A DNA stretch of 64,000 nt from Halarcobacter sp. (GTDB lineage: Bacteria; Campylobacterota; Campylobacteria; Campylobacterales; Arcobacteraceae): contig CP182352.1 of the NCBI GenBank assembly GCA_048571215.1, positions 3,168,001-3,232,000 of the forward strand. Reading direction: 5' to 3'. How positions within the stretch are numbered: the first letter of the stretch is position 1; each line of letters opens with the position of its first letter. The notes beneath the pieces are model-generated. The model searched no databases. It was not told the origin of the DNA and was given only the letters and a program-made list of their open reading frames with translations. A program made the translations under genes and the position numbers. Positions 60,801 through 63,800 of the stretch are shown in pieces.

Positions 60801-63800
60801 GCTAGATGACCAATCAATAACAGCTGGTCCATATCCACCTAGCCATTCTGGTCCATCATTTACATTTATTGTAATATCATAAGCTTCAAGTACTAAGTTA
60901 TCTCCAAAACCTACTAGTCCACCCATTGCTGCTGTTGCTTTTACTGCTGTAAATCTATCTAATACTGGATTGATTATTGGTGATGTTGTATCCATAATCG
61001 CCATACCAAAATCTAAATCATCAATTGTTACACCCATAGCATCATTATTTATTACATAGTCATTATAATTATTGCCATCTGTATATATTGAAGATAAAGT
61101 TCCATCAGTATTATAGATTAAACCTTTATATTTACCATTTGAATCTTTAGCCCAAGTTGTTAAATCTATTTCAGAACCTAAATCTTCATCAGCTTTATAT
61201 GGTCCATTTAATCCTACGAATGCTTGTATATTAGATGCTCCAATAGTCATTGAAGCTACTTCAACATCATTTAACATTGAGTATGTTGAACCTGTTGCTG
61301 CTGCATCAAATAATGGATTTACTAAAGGACTTAATGTACTTTCTAAGTTTGCTGGTAAGCCTGTTGCTACATCTACTAAATATGTAGGACCTTTCTCAAA
61401 TGCAAAGCCACCTTGTAGATATACAAATTCACTAACTTGAAGTTTAGCTTGACCTATATCTACTCCAATTCTTTGGTTCCCATCAAAGTTTATATCCATT
61501 GAAGTTCCACCACCAGTTGGTATACTAAATATACCATCACCAGCACCAGCACTTGTCTCAAAGCTAGATGACCAATCAATAACAGCTGGTCCATATCCAC
61601 CTAGCCATTCTGGTCCATCATTTACATTTATTGTAATATCATAAGCTTCAAGTACTAAGTTATCTCCAAAACCTACTAGTCCACCCATTGCTGCTGTTGC
61701 TTTTACTGCTGTAAATCTATCTAATACTGGATTGATTATTGGTGATGTTGTATCCATAATCGCCATACCAAAATCTAAATCATCAATTGTTACACCCATA
61801 GCATCATTATTTATTACATAGTCATTATAATTATTGCCATCTGTATATATTGAAGATAAAGTTCCATCAGTATTATAGATTAAACCTTTATATTTACCAT
61901 TTGAATCTTTAGCCCAAGTTGTTAAATCTATTTCAGAACCTAAATCTTCATCAGCTTTATATGGTCCATTTAATCCTACGAATGCTTGTATATTAGATGC
62001 TCCAATAGTCATTGAAGCTACTTCAACATCATTTAACATTGAGTATGTTGAACCTGTTGCTGCTGCATCAAATAATGGATTTACTAAAGGACTTAATGTA
62101 CTTTCTAAGTTTGCTGGTAAGCCTGTTGCTACATCTACTAAATATGTAGGACCTTTCTCAAATGCAAAGCCACCTTGTAGATATACAAATTCACTAACTT
62201 GAAGTTTAGCTTGACCTATATCTACTCCAATTCTTTGGTTCCCATCAAAGTTTATATCCATTGAAGTTCCACCACCAGTTGGTATACTAAATATACCATC
62301 ACCAGCACCAGCACTTGTCTCAAAGCTAGATGACCAATCAATAACAGCTGGTCCATATCCACCTAGCCATTCTGGTCCATCATTTACATTTATTGTAATA
62401 TCATAAGCTTCAAGTACTAAGTTATCTCCAAAACCTACTAGTCCACCCATTGCTGCTGTTGCTTTTACTGCTGTAAATCTATCTAATACTGGATTGATTA
62501 TTGGTGATGTTGTATCCATAATCGCCATACCAAAATCTAAATCATCAATTGTTACACCCATAGCATCATTATTTATTACATAGTCATTATAATTATTGCC
62601 ATCTGTATATATTGAAGATAAAGTTCCATCAGTATTATAGATTAAACCTTTATATTTACCATTTGAATCTTTAGCCCAAGTTGTTAAATCTATTTCAGAA
62701 CCTAAATCTTCATCAGCTTTATATGGTCCATTTAATCCTACGAATGCTTGTATATTAGATGCTCCAATAGTCATTGAAGCTACTTCAACATCATTTAACA
62801 TTGAGTATGTTGAACCTGTTGCTGCTGCATCAAATAATGGATTTACTAAAGGACTTAATGTACTTTCTAAGTTTGCTGGTAAGCCTGTTGCTACATCTAC
62901 TAAATATGTAGGACCTTTCTCAAATGCAAAGCCACCTTGTAGATATACAAATTCACTAACTTGAAGTTTAGCTTGACCTATATCTACTCCAATTCTTTGG
63001 TTCCCATCAAAGTTTATATTTAAAATTTCAGAACCAGCTTTTACTTCATATCCATTAGTACCAAAAGAAGATTGAAAATCAACTGCAGGATCCCATAATT
63101 TATAAAGAAAAGTACTTAGAAAATCTAAATCTGGCACTGAGATATCTGGGATTGATAAGTTTGGAAGAGTAATATCAGGAATAGCAATATCTATATCAAA
63201 TTCTGGAATTGAAATATTAGGCATACTAATTGTTGGCATAGATATGGTTGGTAAACTAATTGATGGCAAACTTAAACTTGGTAAACCAATATCAGGAAAT
63301 TCAATATCAGGAAATTCAATATCAGGAAATTCAAAATCTGGAAGTTGAATAGTTGGAATAGAAATATCAGGTATAGTAATAGTTGGTATTTTTATTGCTG
63401 GAAAATCAATAGTTGGAAGTGTTATTTTGAATCCTAATTCAGGAATATCAATTTCTGGTAAAGTGATACTTGGGATTTGAATATCTGGCAAAGTGATACT
63501 TCCTAATGATAAATCAAAATCTGGTATAACAATATCAGGAATGGAGATGCTAGGAATAGTAATATCTGGTATATTGATATTAAACCCTAAGCCAGGAATT
63601 TTAATATCAGGAATAGTGATACTGGGAATTGTAATATCAGGAATACTTATCACTAAATCAGGGAAATCTACAGTTGGTACTTTAATTTCCGGAAAACTTA
63701 TCTTTGGAATACTAATTGAAGGGATACTAATTGAAGGGATACTAAAGTTTTGTAAGCCTGCTATTACACTATTTTTAAAACTACTATTTATATTTATATC

